45,386 bases of DNA from Lachnospiraceae bacterium. GTDB taxonomy: Bacteria; Bacillota; Clostridia; Lachnospirales; Lachnospiraceae. Below are positions 9,535 through 17,936 of the stretch, piece after piece (positions within the stretch are counted from its first letter, which is position 1; each line of letters starts with the position of its first letter). The notes beneath the pieces are model-generated. The model did no database searches and was not told the DNA's origin. It saw only the letters and a program-made list of their open reading frames with translations. Location of the stretch: assembly GCA_017401005.1 (NCBI GenBank), contig JAFPRD010000090.1, forward strand, positions 1 to 45,386, read 5' to 3'. The position numbers were made by a program, and so were the translations under genes.

Positions 9535-10179
9535 ATGTCTTTTATCAATACAGTATTAAAAGGGATAGCTAAGTTTTTGTTTTGGGCTTCCTATCCGGTT
9601 TTGAGATTGATCTATCCTATGAAGATCCATTTCGAGGACAGGGCTCTTACCGAAGAAGCGCTTTCAAAAAGCTGTGTAGTCTTTTCGAATCACCTTGGAT
9701 ATGTTGAAGGCCTCTTTATGACAAGGCTTTTGAAAAAATACAGGGTGTGGACCTTTGTCGGTAAGGACTGGTACGAAAAAAAGCCGATAAACTGGCTTTT
9801 CAGAAACCTGCCATACATCTCTATAGACAGAAAAGGCGGGCTTGATACCGAGTGGCTTGATACGACTAAAGATATTATGGCAAACGGCTCTTCCATATAT
9901 ATACTTCCCGAGGGACATACAAGCCCTGCCGGATCGATGGATACCTTTAAGCCGGGATTCCTTGTTCTGGCAAAACAGACGGGAGCAACGCCGGTGCCGA
10001 TATTTATAAGCCGCAAGATCAAACCTTTCAGGCTGACCCATCTTGTTATCGGAAAGCCGATGGTTATGGATCTTAATGAAAAGGGCAGACCTTCGCAGGT
10101 GCTTAAGAAGTACTGCGAGGAATGCAGGTCTTATGTGGAGGGACTCGGAGATAAGCTCTCCCGCGGGGAGATTAAGTAG
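9535..10179 (+). CDS. Lysophospholipid acyltransferase (PlsC family)
   Basis: Block I SNHLGYVE (HX4E variant), ISIDR, block III LPEGH, FKPGF, VPIFI. Confidence 0.8.
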   Translation: MSFINTVLKGIAKFLFWASYPVLRLIYPMKIHFEDRALTEEALSKSCVVFSNHLGYVEGLFMTRLLKKYRVWTFVGKDWYEKKPINWLFRNLPYISIDRKGGLDTEWLDTTKDIMANGSSIYILPEGHTSPAGSMDTFKPGFLVLAKQTGATPVPIFISRKIKPFRLTHLVIGKPMVMDLNEKGRPSQVLKKYCEECRSYVEGLGDKLSRGEIK

Positions 10180-10210
10180 TTTATGACCGCTTTGCGGATT
10201 CATATAAAAA

Positions 10211-10233
10211 GGATGTTTGTTTAGCGAACATCC
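10211..10233 (+). other. Stem-loop upstream of the ACP gene
   Basis: GGATGTTTG-TTTAG-CGAACATCC, no U-tract. Confidence 0.55.
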
Positions 10234-10263
10234 GGAGATTTATTTTACGAAAGGAAGTAAAAA

Positions 10264-10512
10264 ATGAACGAGAAAGAACTTGAAGTAGCAGCTAAGATCA
10301 AGAGCATGGTATCAGAGAATCTTAATATTCCTGAAGAAGAGCTTGATTATGAGATTCCCCTTTTCGGTGACGGAATCGGACTTGACTCAGTAGATTCACT
10401 TGAGATCATTTCATGCATCGACAACGAGTTCGGTGTTGTTATGACAGGTGTTCCCAAGGAGCACTTCTATAACGTAACCAGCCTTACCAAATATGTGGTA
10501 GAGCACATGTAA
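10264..10512 (+). CDS. Acyl carrier protein (aryl polyene/ladderane-like subtype)
   Basis: 82 aa, acidic; LFGDGIGLDSVDSLEI containing the phosphopantetheine Ser. Confidence 0.92.
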   Translation: MNEKELEVAAKIKSMVSENLNIPEEELDYEIPLFGDGIGLDSVDSLEIISCIDNEFGVVMTGVPKEHFYNVTSLTKYVVEHM

Positions 10513-10526
10513 AAATATCGAAGACC

Positions 10527-10763
10527 AAAGCTGATGTTGCGACCGTGCTTGCACGGGGAGCAATATCGGCTTTAGGGATTCTAAAACCACATGAGCATAT
10601 AGCGGTAATTTGAATAAATTACCGCGGATGCGAATGCGGTTTAGAATTGCGGAAGCTGCTTTGCAGCGAAGCAATTCGTTATATTTTTATTATGTTATAT
10701 TCTAATTCTTTGCATTATGAATAATCTTTCACTTCAGCCGGAGCCCTATCGGGTAAGCCGGTT
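10527..10763 (+). other. Highly structured intergenic region (four hairpins) between the ACP and KS genes
   Basis: Hairpins at 10527-10573, 10579-10646, 10644-10677 and 10736-10763 read directly from inverted repeats. Confidence 0.7.
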
Positions 10764-10810
10764 AAATGTTGTGTTTAGAAATATATATTATTTTTACAGG
10801 AGCAGATAAA

Positions 10811-13189
10811 ATGAACAAGCCTATTAATACCCGCTGCGTAGTTACCGGTCTCGGTATGATCAACGCTATCGGTAACAGCGTAGATGAATGTTGGGATAAC
10901 GCTCTTATCGGAAAAGAAGGAATTGACGTTGTTAAATCTGTAAATGCCGATGAGTGTTATGCAAACCTCGGTGCAGAAGTTGACTGTGACGAACTCGATA
11001 AGTACGAAGGCGTCGACAGAGCTTCCAAGCTTTGCCTTAAGGCTTCTGAAGAAGCTTTTAAGGATGCCGGAATCGATATGAAGGATGAGGACGCCACAAG
11101 ATTCGGCGTAATCATGGGAAGCTGCGTCGGCGGTGTAGTAAGTATCGATAATTATGTTGCTAACGGTGAGAAGACCGAAGACATCAGAAAGATGACAATT
11201 TCTCCTATTGCAAACCACGTTGCAAACAAGGTTGGCGCATGCGGAGTTATTTCAAACGTAGGTAATGCATGTGCGGCAGGAAGCATCAGCGTAGCTTACG
11301 CTTGCGAGCTTATCCGTGCCGGAGTAGCCGATATGTTTATCGTCGGCGGTGCAGACGCTTTCGCTGCGGTTCCTTTCGCGGGATTCCACGCACTCCACGC
11401 TCTTTCCGAAAAGCCCTGCTCACCTTTCAACCACTCAAACGGAATCACTCTCGGTGAAGGAGCCGGAGCTATCGTTGTTGAGTCATATGAGCATGCTAAG
11501 AAGAGAAATGCAAAGATTTACTGTGACGTACTTGCAGCCGGCGTAAGCAGCGATGCACACCACATCACAGCTCCCAGACCCGACGGAATCGGACAGATGT
11601 ATGCTATCCGTACCGCAATCGCAAATTCAGGCATTAAGCCCGAGGATATCGGATATGTCAACGCTCACGGAACAGGAACAGCGAAAAACGATGAGGCTGA
11701 GTTCCTTTCACTTCATGCGATTTTTGATGATGTAAACAATGACCTTTCCGTAAGCTCAACAAAAGCTATGGTAGGCCACTGCCTCGGTGCTGCCGGAGCT
11801 ATTGAAGCCGTATATGCGATCAAGGCTCTTACAACGGACATCATTCCTCCCACAATCGGCTATACCGCCGAGGATCTTGAGGCTCTTAAGGAAAAGGCAG
11901 GAAAGATCGATTTCATGCCCAACGTAAAGAGAGAAAAGAAGCTTGACTACGTTATGAGCAACTCTTTTGCTTTCGGCGGAAGCAACGCAAGTATCATCTT
12001 CTCAAAGGGAGAAGGAAACGTTGCCGAGGTTTGCAACGACGAGCCTATCTATATTACAGGTATGGGTATTGTCAGCCCTCTCGGAAACGGCGTTTCAAAC
12101 TACATTGAGAAGGTTAAAAACGGAGAGACTATTGAAGGCAACTCCGTATTCTCAGAGACAACCAAGGAAGACTACGATAAGTATGATGTAAAGATGGCAT
12201 TTTATCGTAAGCTTGACAAGCTTTCTCTTATGCAGGTTGTATCCGGACTTGAAGCTCTTGAGAGCGCCGGAATCGAGATCGCAGATGACAAGGCTGAAGA
12301 TTACGGTATGATCATCGGTACAGATGACGGCCCTCTTACCACAGTTTACAAGTTCCAGGAGAACATCAATACAAACGGTACAAAGAGCGGATCTGCATTT
12401 AACTTCCCCAATACCGTTTACAACGCAGCAGGCGGATATCTTTCAATCAAGACAAATATGCGCGGCGTTAACGTAACCGTAACCAACGGTGCGCAGTCCG
12501 GAATGAGCTCACTTTGCTACGCATACAACGAGATCCGTCAGAACCATGCAAAGGTTATGCTTGCTACCGGTACCGACGAAAACAGCGACGTTATGGAAAA
12601 GCTTTATCGTCAGCTCGGAAGCGTTGCCGAAGGAAAGGCAGAGCTTTACAAGAATACAGGAATGGCAATGAGCGACGGAAGTACCACAGTTGTACTTGAG
12701 AGCGCCGAAAGCGCAAATTCAAGAGGCGCCAAGAAGTACGCGCAGGTCGCAGGATACGGTATGACTCATGCTGTTACCGAGTACGGTAAGGTAGAGGGAA
12801 CCGATAAGGGACTTGAGGATGCGATCGCAATCGCTCTTAAGGATGCCGGAATCTCTGTTTCCGATATCGATGCTGTATACGGCTTCGGAAACGGTGAGGA
12901 AGCAGTTGACAATATTGAGAAGAATGTATACGGAAAGCTTATCGGAGCAAAGACTCCCGTTCATAATGTAAGAGCTTATGTGGGAGAAAGCAGAAGCGCT
13001 GCATGTGCTCTTTCAATCGCAACCGCAGCCCTTACTTTAAGCGGTGAGCTTGGATCCGAACAGAAGGCATTTTTCTTCGGAGATACCGTTACCGAAGGAA
13101 AGGCTGATACTTCAGCTTACAAGTATGTTCTTGCAACCGCAGGATCCGAGGGCGGATCATACTGCGCGGTTGTACTTAAGAAGGCTTAA
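10811..13189 (+). CDS. Fused beta-ketoacyl-ACP synthase / chain-length-factor (KS-CLF) protein
   Basis: N-half has the KS triad NACAAG, NAHGTGT, VGHCLGAAG; C-half repeats the fold (ITGMGIVSPLG, FPNTVYNAAGG) with the triad lost (NGAQSG, YGFGNG, VGESRSA); RBS AGGAG before ATG 10811. Confidence 0.9.
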   Translation: MNKPINTRCVVTGLGMINAIGNSVDECWDNALIGKEGIDVVKSVNADECYANLGAEVDCDELDKYEGVDRASKLCLKASEEAFKDAGIDMKDEDATRFGVIMGSCVGGVVSIDNYVANGEKTEDIRKMTISPIANHVANKVGACGVISNVGNACAAGSISVAYACELIRAGVADMFIVGGADAFAAVPFAGFHALHALSEKPCSPFNHSNGITLGEGAGAIVVESYEHAKKRNAKIYCDVLAAGVSSDAHHITAPRPDGIGQMYAIRTAIANSGIKPEDIGYVNAHGTGTAKNDEAEFLSLHAIFDDVNNDLSVSSTKAMVGHCLGAAGAIEAVYAIKALTTDIIPPTIGYTAEDLEALKEKAGKIDFMPNVKREKKLDYVMSNSFAFGGSNASIIFSKGEGNVAEVCNDEPIYITGMGIVSPLGNGVSNYIEKVKNGETIEGNSVFSETTKEDYDKYDVKMAFYRKLDKLSLMQVVSGLEALESAGIEIADDKAEDYGMIIGTDDGPLTTVYKFQENINTNGTKSGSAFNFPNTVYNAAGGYLSIKTNMRGVNVTVTNGAQSGMSSLCYAYNEIRQNHAKVMLATGTDENSDVMEKLYRQLGSVAEGKAELYKNTGMAMSDGSTTVVLESAESANSRGAKKYAQVAGYGMTHAVTEYGKVEGTDKGLEDAIAIALKDAGISVSDIDAVYGFGNGEEAVDNIEKNVYGKLIGAKTPVHNVRAYVGESRSAACALSIATAALTLSGELGSEQKAFFFGDTVTEGKADTSAYKYVLATAGSEGGSYCAVVLKKA

Positions 13190-13211
13190 TATAGGCAGAA
13201 AGGGAAGATAA

Positions 13212-13961
13212 ATGGAAAATTTACAGGAAGTTAAAACTGCGCTTGTAACAGGTGCATCAAGAGGTATAGGAAGAGCTTGTGCCATTGCACTTGGAAAGGC
13301 CGGATACAAGGTGGGAGTTAACTACAACTCCAATGAAGCTGCAGCGCAGGAAGTAGTCAAGGCAATCGAAGAAGCCGGAAGCGAAGCAATCGCTATCAAG
13401 GCTAATGCCTCAAATCTTAAAGAAGTACAGGATATGATGCGTACTTTCGTTAAGACCTTTGGAAAGATAGACCTTCTTGTAAACAATGCAGGTATCGTAA
13501 AGGATGAATATGTAATGATGATGAATCCCGATACCATAGATCAGTGCCTTGATCTTAATATCAAGGGCTACCTCTACTGCTCACAGCAGGCTGCCGTTAA
13601 GATGTTCTCAAAAAAGAAGGGATGCATCGTAAATGTTTCGTCTGTAAGTTCCGTACTTGCGGTTCCCGGACAGTCTGTATACAGCTCGACAAAGGGTGCC
13701 GTTAACTCGATGACCGCCACTATGGCAAAGGAACTTGCTCCCTACGGAATCAGAGTAAATGCGGTTGCTCCCGGATTTATCGCAACTGAGATGATCGAGG
13801 CGATTCCCGAGGAGAAGAGGGAACAGTATATCAAAGATATCCCTCTTGGAAGATTCGGAACCGCCGATGAAGTGGCAAACGCTGTAGTTATGCTCGCAAG
13901 CGAAGCATGTTCATACGTAACCGGACAGGTTCTCGTTCTTGACGGAGGACTCAGCTTATGA
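13212..13961 (+). CDS. fabG: 3-oxoacyl-ACP reductase (SDR)
   Basis: TGASRGIG, NNAG, SSVS, YSSTK, VAPGFIATEM. Confidence 0.9.
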   Translation: MENLQEVKTALVTGASRGIGRACAIALGKAGYKVGVNYNSNEAAAQEVVKAIEEAGSEAIAIKANASNLKEVQDMMRTFVKTFGKIDLLVNNAGIVKDEYVMMMNPDTIDQCLDLNIKGYLYCSQQAAVKMFSKKKGCIVNVSSVSSVLAVPGQSVYSSTKGAVNSMTATMAKELAPYGIRVNAVAPGFIATEMIEAIPEEKREQYIKDIPLGRFGTADEVANAVVMLASEACSYVTGQVLVLDGGLSL

Positions 13962-14401
13962 TGAATATTAACGATGTTCAAAAGAGAATCAAACAGCGTC
14001 CTCCTTTTCAGATGATCGAAAAGATCGTAGAGATAAGAGACGGTGAATACGCTAAGGGAATCAAGAACGTATCGATCAATGAGCCCTACTTTATGGGCCA
14101 TTTCCCCGATACCCCGATTATGCCCGGTGTGCTCCTTATCGAAGCTGCTGCACAGCTTTGCTCCGTGACCATAGAGAGCGAGGGAACAGACGAGAGCCTT
14201 ATCTACGTTCTCCTTAAGGTAGACGAGTTCAAGTTCGTTAAGCCCGTAATTCCCGGGGATGTCTGCGAGATTGAAGTGACCAAGACTGCAGGCGGTGCAG
14301 GCCTCGTCAAATTCGACGTAAAGATTTCCGTCGACGGCGCCCTCCGCGCCAAGGGCAAACTCGCTTTCACCTCGATGCCCAAGGAAGCTGTTTACAGCTA
14401 A
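13958..14401 (+). CDS. fabZ: 3-hydroxyacyl-ACP dehydratase
   Basis: QRPPF; FMGHFPDTPIMPGVLLIEAAAQ with catalytic His and Glu; overlaps the fabG stop (ATGA). Confidence 0.9.
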   Translation: MMNINDVQKRIKQRPPFQMIEKIVEIRDGEYAKGIKNVSINEPYFMGHFPDTPIMPGVLLIEAAAQLCSVTIESEGTDESLIYVLLKVDEFKFVKPVIPGDVCEIEVTKTAGGAGLVKFDVKISVDGALRAKGKLAFTSMPKEAVYS

Positions 14402-14460
14402 CAGTTACGCAGTCAGCCGTGGTGTGTTCATACGAGGTGGTGTCAGAGAAAGGAAGAGAC

Positions 14461-15417
14461 ATGTCAAAACGTGTTTTTATGTTTCCCGGTCAGGGAAGCC
14501 AGTACATCGGAATGGCGAAGGATTTTTACGACGCCTATCCCGAATCAAAGGAAGTTTTTGAAAAGGCAAGTGCAGCCGCAGGATTCTCTGTAGAGCAGCT
14601 TTGCTTTGAAGAAAATGAAAAATTAAATATAACCGAGTATACCCAGATCTGTATGCTCGCTGCTGAAGCGGCAATCTATGCCGCCGTTGTAAAGGAAGGC
14701 ATCACATGCGATGTAACCGCAGGCTTAAGCCTTGGCGAGTATGGAGCCCTTATCGCATCGGGTGCGCTTACCATGGAGGATGCATTTGGGGTTGTAAGAA
14801 AGCGTGGAATGTTCATGCAGGCTGCTGTTCCTGAAGGCGGAGCAATGGCTGCAATCCTTAACCTTGATCCTTCGGTTGTTGCCGACGTATGTAAGGAAGT
14901 ACAGGAAGCAGGTCCCGCAGCTGATGCTAAGGGCTATACCCTTCCTTATGTGGTATCCGTGGCAAACTACAACAGCCCTGTACAGATTGTTATTACGGGA
15001 AGAGAGGATGCGGTTAAAAAGGCATCCGATCTTTGCGTTGAACGCGGCGCAAGAAGAGCAGTTCCCCTTAAAGTAAGCGGACCTTTCCATTCAGCTCTTT
15101 TAGAGGGCGCCGGAAGACAGCTCGGCGAAGTGCTTGAAACCGTTACCGTAAACGACATTAAGGTTCCTTATCTTGCGAACGTTAATGCGGATTATGTAAC
15201 AGACAGCGCGCAGGTTAAGCCTCTACTTACAGCACAGGTTTCATCATCAGTTAGGTGGCAGCAGACTCTCGAAAGACTTCTTGCTGACGGAGCTGACGAG
15301 TTCGTGGAAATCGGACCCGGAAGCACACTTACAGGTTTTGTTAAGAAGCTTAACAAAGATGTTAAGACAGTGAATATTGAAAAGTTAGAAGACCTTAAGG
15401 CATATCTCGAGGCATAG
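14461..15417 (+). CDS. fabD: Malonyl-CoA:ACP transacylase
   Basis: FPGQGSQ, GLSLGEY, VSGPFHS, EIGPG. Confidence 0.93.
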   Translation: MSKRVFMFPGQGSQYIGMAKDFYDAYPESKEVFEKASAAAGFSVEQLCFEENEKLNITEYTQICMLAAEAAIYAAVVKEGITCDVTAGLSLGEYGALIASGALTMEDAFGVVRKRGMFMQAAVPEGGAMAAILNLDPSVVADVCKEVQEAGPAADAKGYTLPYVVSVANYNSPVQIVITGREDAVKKASDLCVERGARRAVPLKVSGPFHSALLEGAGRQLGEVLETVTVNDIKVPYLANVNADYVTDSAQVKPLLTAQVSSSVRWQQTLERLLADGADEFVEIGPGSTLTGFVKKLNKDVKTVNIEKLEDLKAYLEA

Positions 15418-15426
15418 AGGTTTAAG

Positions 15427-17070
15427 ATGGGAAACAATGTTGAAACATGCCCCGGCTGCAAAGCTGAGGTGGAGTGGTCCAAAGTAAAGGAAAACAATTA
15501 TGTTTGTCCTGAATGCGGAAGACTTTTTAGGGTATGGACCGACAATAGAATAAAAATGATAGCCGATCAGGGAACATTTGAGGAAATGTTTGGAGAGATC
15601 GGAACAACAAATGTACTCGGAACTCCCGAGTATGAGGAAAAATTCAAACAGGCCCAGGAAAAGACCGGACTTTCGGAAGGCGTAACCGTTGGCAAGTGCC
15701 TTATCGGAGGAAATAAAGCGGTTCTTGGGGTTATCGACTCAAGATTCCTTATGGGAAGTATGGGCCATGCGGTGGGAGACCGTATCACAAGCGTGGTTGA
15801 ATACGCGACAAAAGAAAAACTTCCCGTTATTCTTTTCTGCTGTTCGGGCGGAGCGAGAATGCAGGAAGGTATCGTATCACTTATGCAGATGGAGAAGACT
15901 TCCGCTGCTTTAAAGAAGCACTCTGAAGCAGGACTCCTTTATATTTCGGTTTTGACCGATCCTACAACGGGAGGAGTTACCGCAAGTTTTGCAATGCTCG
16001 GAGACATTATCCTTGCTGAGCCCGGTGCAATGATCGGATTTGCCGGACCCAGAGTTATCGAGCAGACGATCGGCGAAAAGCTCCCCGAAGGATTCCAGAG
16101 AGCCGAGTTCCAGCTTGAGCACGGATTTGTGGACAGGGTTGTTGAAAGAAAAGATTTAAAGCCTACTTTGGTAAAAATTCTGGAGATTCATTCAAAGAAA
16201 GGCAAGTACGCTGATTTTAAGGAAACCGATGAAAAGGTTTACTACGGACCTACCGAGATCATGAAGGAGCGTGCCGCAAAGGCAGAAACTCTTTCAGCCT
16301 GGCAGAAGGTGCAGGAAGCGAGAAAAGTTTCAAGACTCGGAGCTGCCGAGTATATAGGAGCGATCTTTGACGACTTTATAGAGCTCCACGGAGACAGATA
16401 TTTCAGAGACGATCCTGCAATTATGGGCGGTATCGCTTACCTTGACGGACAGCCCGTTACCGTTATCGGCGTAAACAGAGGAAGAAGCTTCGATGAGTGC
16501 AGGGCGCATAATTTCGGTATGCCTTCACCTGAAGGATACAGAAAAGCCTTAAGACTTATGAAACAGGCTGAGAAATTCGGCCGTCCCATTATTACGTTTG
16601 TAAATACTTCCGGAGCATATCCCGGTAAGGAAGCCGAGGAAAACGGTCAGGGAGAAGCGATTGCAAGAAACCTTTTTGAAATGTCTTCTCTTAAGACCCC
16701 GGTTCTCGCCATAATGATCGGAGAAGGCGGAAGCGGCGGAGCTATCGCTCTTGCTGTGGGCAATGAGGTATGGATGACTGAAAACGCCATCTATTCTATA
16801 CTCTCTCCCGAGGGATTCTCATCTATCCTTTGGAAGGACGGAAGCCGTAAGGAAGAAGCTTCTGAGGTTATGAAGATTACCGCGCAGGATCTCAAAAAGC
16901 TCGGAGTTATTGAGGAAATCATTCCCGAATACGGCGGAGCTGATGAGGCGGCTTTATCCTCTATTGCCAGCGATATGAAGGGACGAATCAGAGCATTCCT
17001 TACAAAGGTAGAAGGAAAGAGCGGCGAGCAGCTTGCCGAGGAAAGATACGCCCGGTTTAGAAAGTTTTAA
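15427..17070 (+). CDS. accDA: Fused acetyl-CoA carboxylase carboxyltransferase beta-alpha subunits
   Basis: Zn ribbon [27 protein letters not shown] (AccD) followed by [23 protein letters not shown] (AccA). Confidence 0.93.
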   Translation: MGNNVETCPGCKAEVEWSKVKENNYVCPECGRLFRVWTDNRIKMIADQGTFEEMFGEIGTTNVLGTPEYEEKFKQAQEKTGLSEGVTVGKCLIGGNKAVLGVIDSRFLMGSMGHAVGDRITSVVEYATKEKLPVILFCCSGGARMQEGIVSLMQMEKTSAALKKHSEAGLLYISVLTDPTTGGVTASFAMLGDIILAEPGAMIGFAGPRVIEQTIGEKLPEGFQRAEFQLEHGFVDRVVERKDLKPTLVKILEIHSKKGKYADFKETDEKVYYGPTEIMKERAAKAETLSAWQKVQEARKVSRLGAAEYIGAIFDDFIELHGDRYFRDDPAIMGGIAYLDGQPVTVIGVNRGRSFDECRAHNFGMPSPEGYRKALRLMKQAEKFGRPIITFVNTSGAYPGKEAEENGQGEAIARNLFEMSSLKTPVLAIMIGEGGSGGAIALAVGNEVWMTENAIYSILSPEGFSSILWKDGSRKEEASEVMKITAQDLKKLGVIEEIIPEYGGADEAALSSIASDMKGRIRAFLTKVEGKSGEQLAEERYARFRKF

Positions 17071-17093
17071 TAATTTGACAGCCGCTTAAAAAC

Positions 17094-17120
17094 TAAATAT
17101 TTATCCGATTACACCGATAT
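17094..17120 (+). promoter_or_regulatory. Sigma28 (SigD/FliA)-type promoter for the pilin-like gene
   Basis: TAAA (17094-17097), 15 nt spacer, ACCGATAT (17113-17120); consensus is TAAA-N15-GCCGATAT. Confidence 0.7.
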
Positions 17121-17141
17121 CTTAAGCAACAGATGAATAGT

Positions 17142-17183
17142 AAGTGCAAGGATGTGCTTTTGTTTAACATGGAGGTGTAAACA
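17142..17183 (+). promoter_or_regulatory. Two GGA-loop hairpins (candidate CsrA sites), the second containing the RBS
   Basis: AAGTGCA-AGGA-TGTGCTT and TGTTTAACAT-GGAG-GTGTAAACA. Confidence 0.6.
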
Positions 17184-17824
17184 TGGGAAGAAGTTTCAAA
17201 AACAATAAAGGATTATCCCTTATTGAGCTTATAATCGTAATTGCCATTATGGCGGTTTTGGTGGGAATTATCACTCCCATGTTTGTAAAACATATAGAGA
17301 AGTCAAAGAAGGCAAAGGATGTTTGGACAGCAGATCAGATCGCAAAGGCGGTTCAGGTTGCTTTCATCGAAAATCCCGAGGCTGAAGAGGCTTTTGAAAG
17401 CTGGACCGGATCCCAGTATACTGTTAGCGCTACCGTAAACGGGGTAACAAGTTCTTATAAAGTTTGTCTTGTCGCTTCAAGCGGTACCCAGAATACCAAT
17501 AAGGTTTCAAACTGCTTTAACGGAGGATCGAAACCTTTTTATGTAAGCAAGACTGACGGAAGCGATGGCTTTTACGGCTGTATAAATGAACAGCTTGGTC
17601 TTGATACAAAGAAGATGAACAGCGCCATTACCCCCAAGTATTCAAAGAAAAAAGAGGGAGTTACTTCTATCGGAGGAAGAGCGCCGGGAGTGCTTGACAG
17701 ATACAGGATAGTAAAGAGAGTCGACAACGGCCAGATGGAAATCTGGGCAGCTCAGGCAAACCCTTACGGCGGATTCCCCGTATACAGATTGTGGCCTGTA
17801 CCGGATGACATTTATTTCGAGTAA
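17183..17824 (+). CDS. Type IV pilin-like / prepilin-type N-terminal cleavage-methylation domain protein
   Basis: Class III signal peptide KNNKG|LSLIELIIVIAIMAVLVGII with Glu at +5. Confidence 0.85.
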   Translation: MGRSFKNNKGLSLIELIIVIAIMAVLVGIITPMFVKHIEKSKKAKDVWTADQIAKAVQVAFIENPEAEEAFESWTGSQYTVSATVNGVTSSYKVCLVASSGTQNTNKVSNCFNGGSKPFYVSKTDGSDGFYGCINEQLGLDTKKMNSAITPKYSKKKEGVTSIGGRAPGVLDRYRIVKRVDNGQMEIWAAQANPYGGFPVYRLWPVPDDIYFE

Positions 17825-17852
17825 AAACTTAAGACTTTATATGAATCAAAAC

Positions 17853-17880
17853 AGCGGCAACTTGTAGGGTTGCCGTTTTT
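17853..17880 (+). terminator. Intrinsic terminator after the pilin-like gene
   Basis: GCGGCAAC-loop-GTTGCCGT followed by a T run. Confidence 0.75.
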
Positions 17881-17936
17881 GTGTTATTCTTAAAGGAGAT
17901 TTTTTATCGCAAACAGGCGATTTTTGGAGACTATTT

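Noticed and set aside
10527-10677. Possible CRISPR array or known riboswitch in the ACP-KS gap
   Set aside because: The hairpins are not direct repeats of one unit, there are no spacers or cas genes, and I recognise no known riboswitch consensus
8789-17070. Recent horizontal acquisition of the FAS/PKS-like cluster
   Set aside because: By eye, codon habits match neighbouring native genes, and no flanking repeats, transposase or integrase are present; not computed
17183-17824. Electrically conductive pilin (F24, F51, fairly aromatic-rich)
   Set aside because: Residue 1 is Leu, the protein is long, these aromatics are common in ordinary pilins, and no cytochrome context is present
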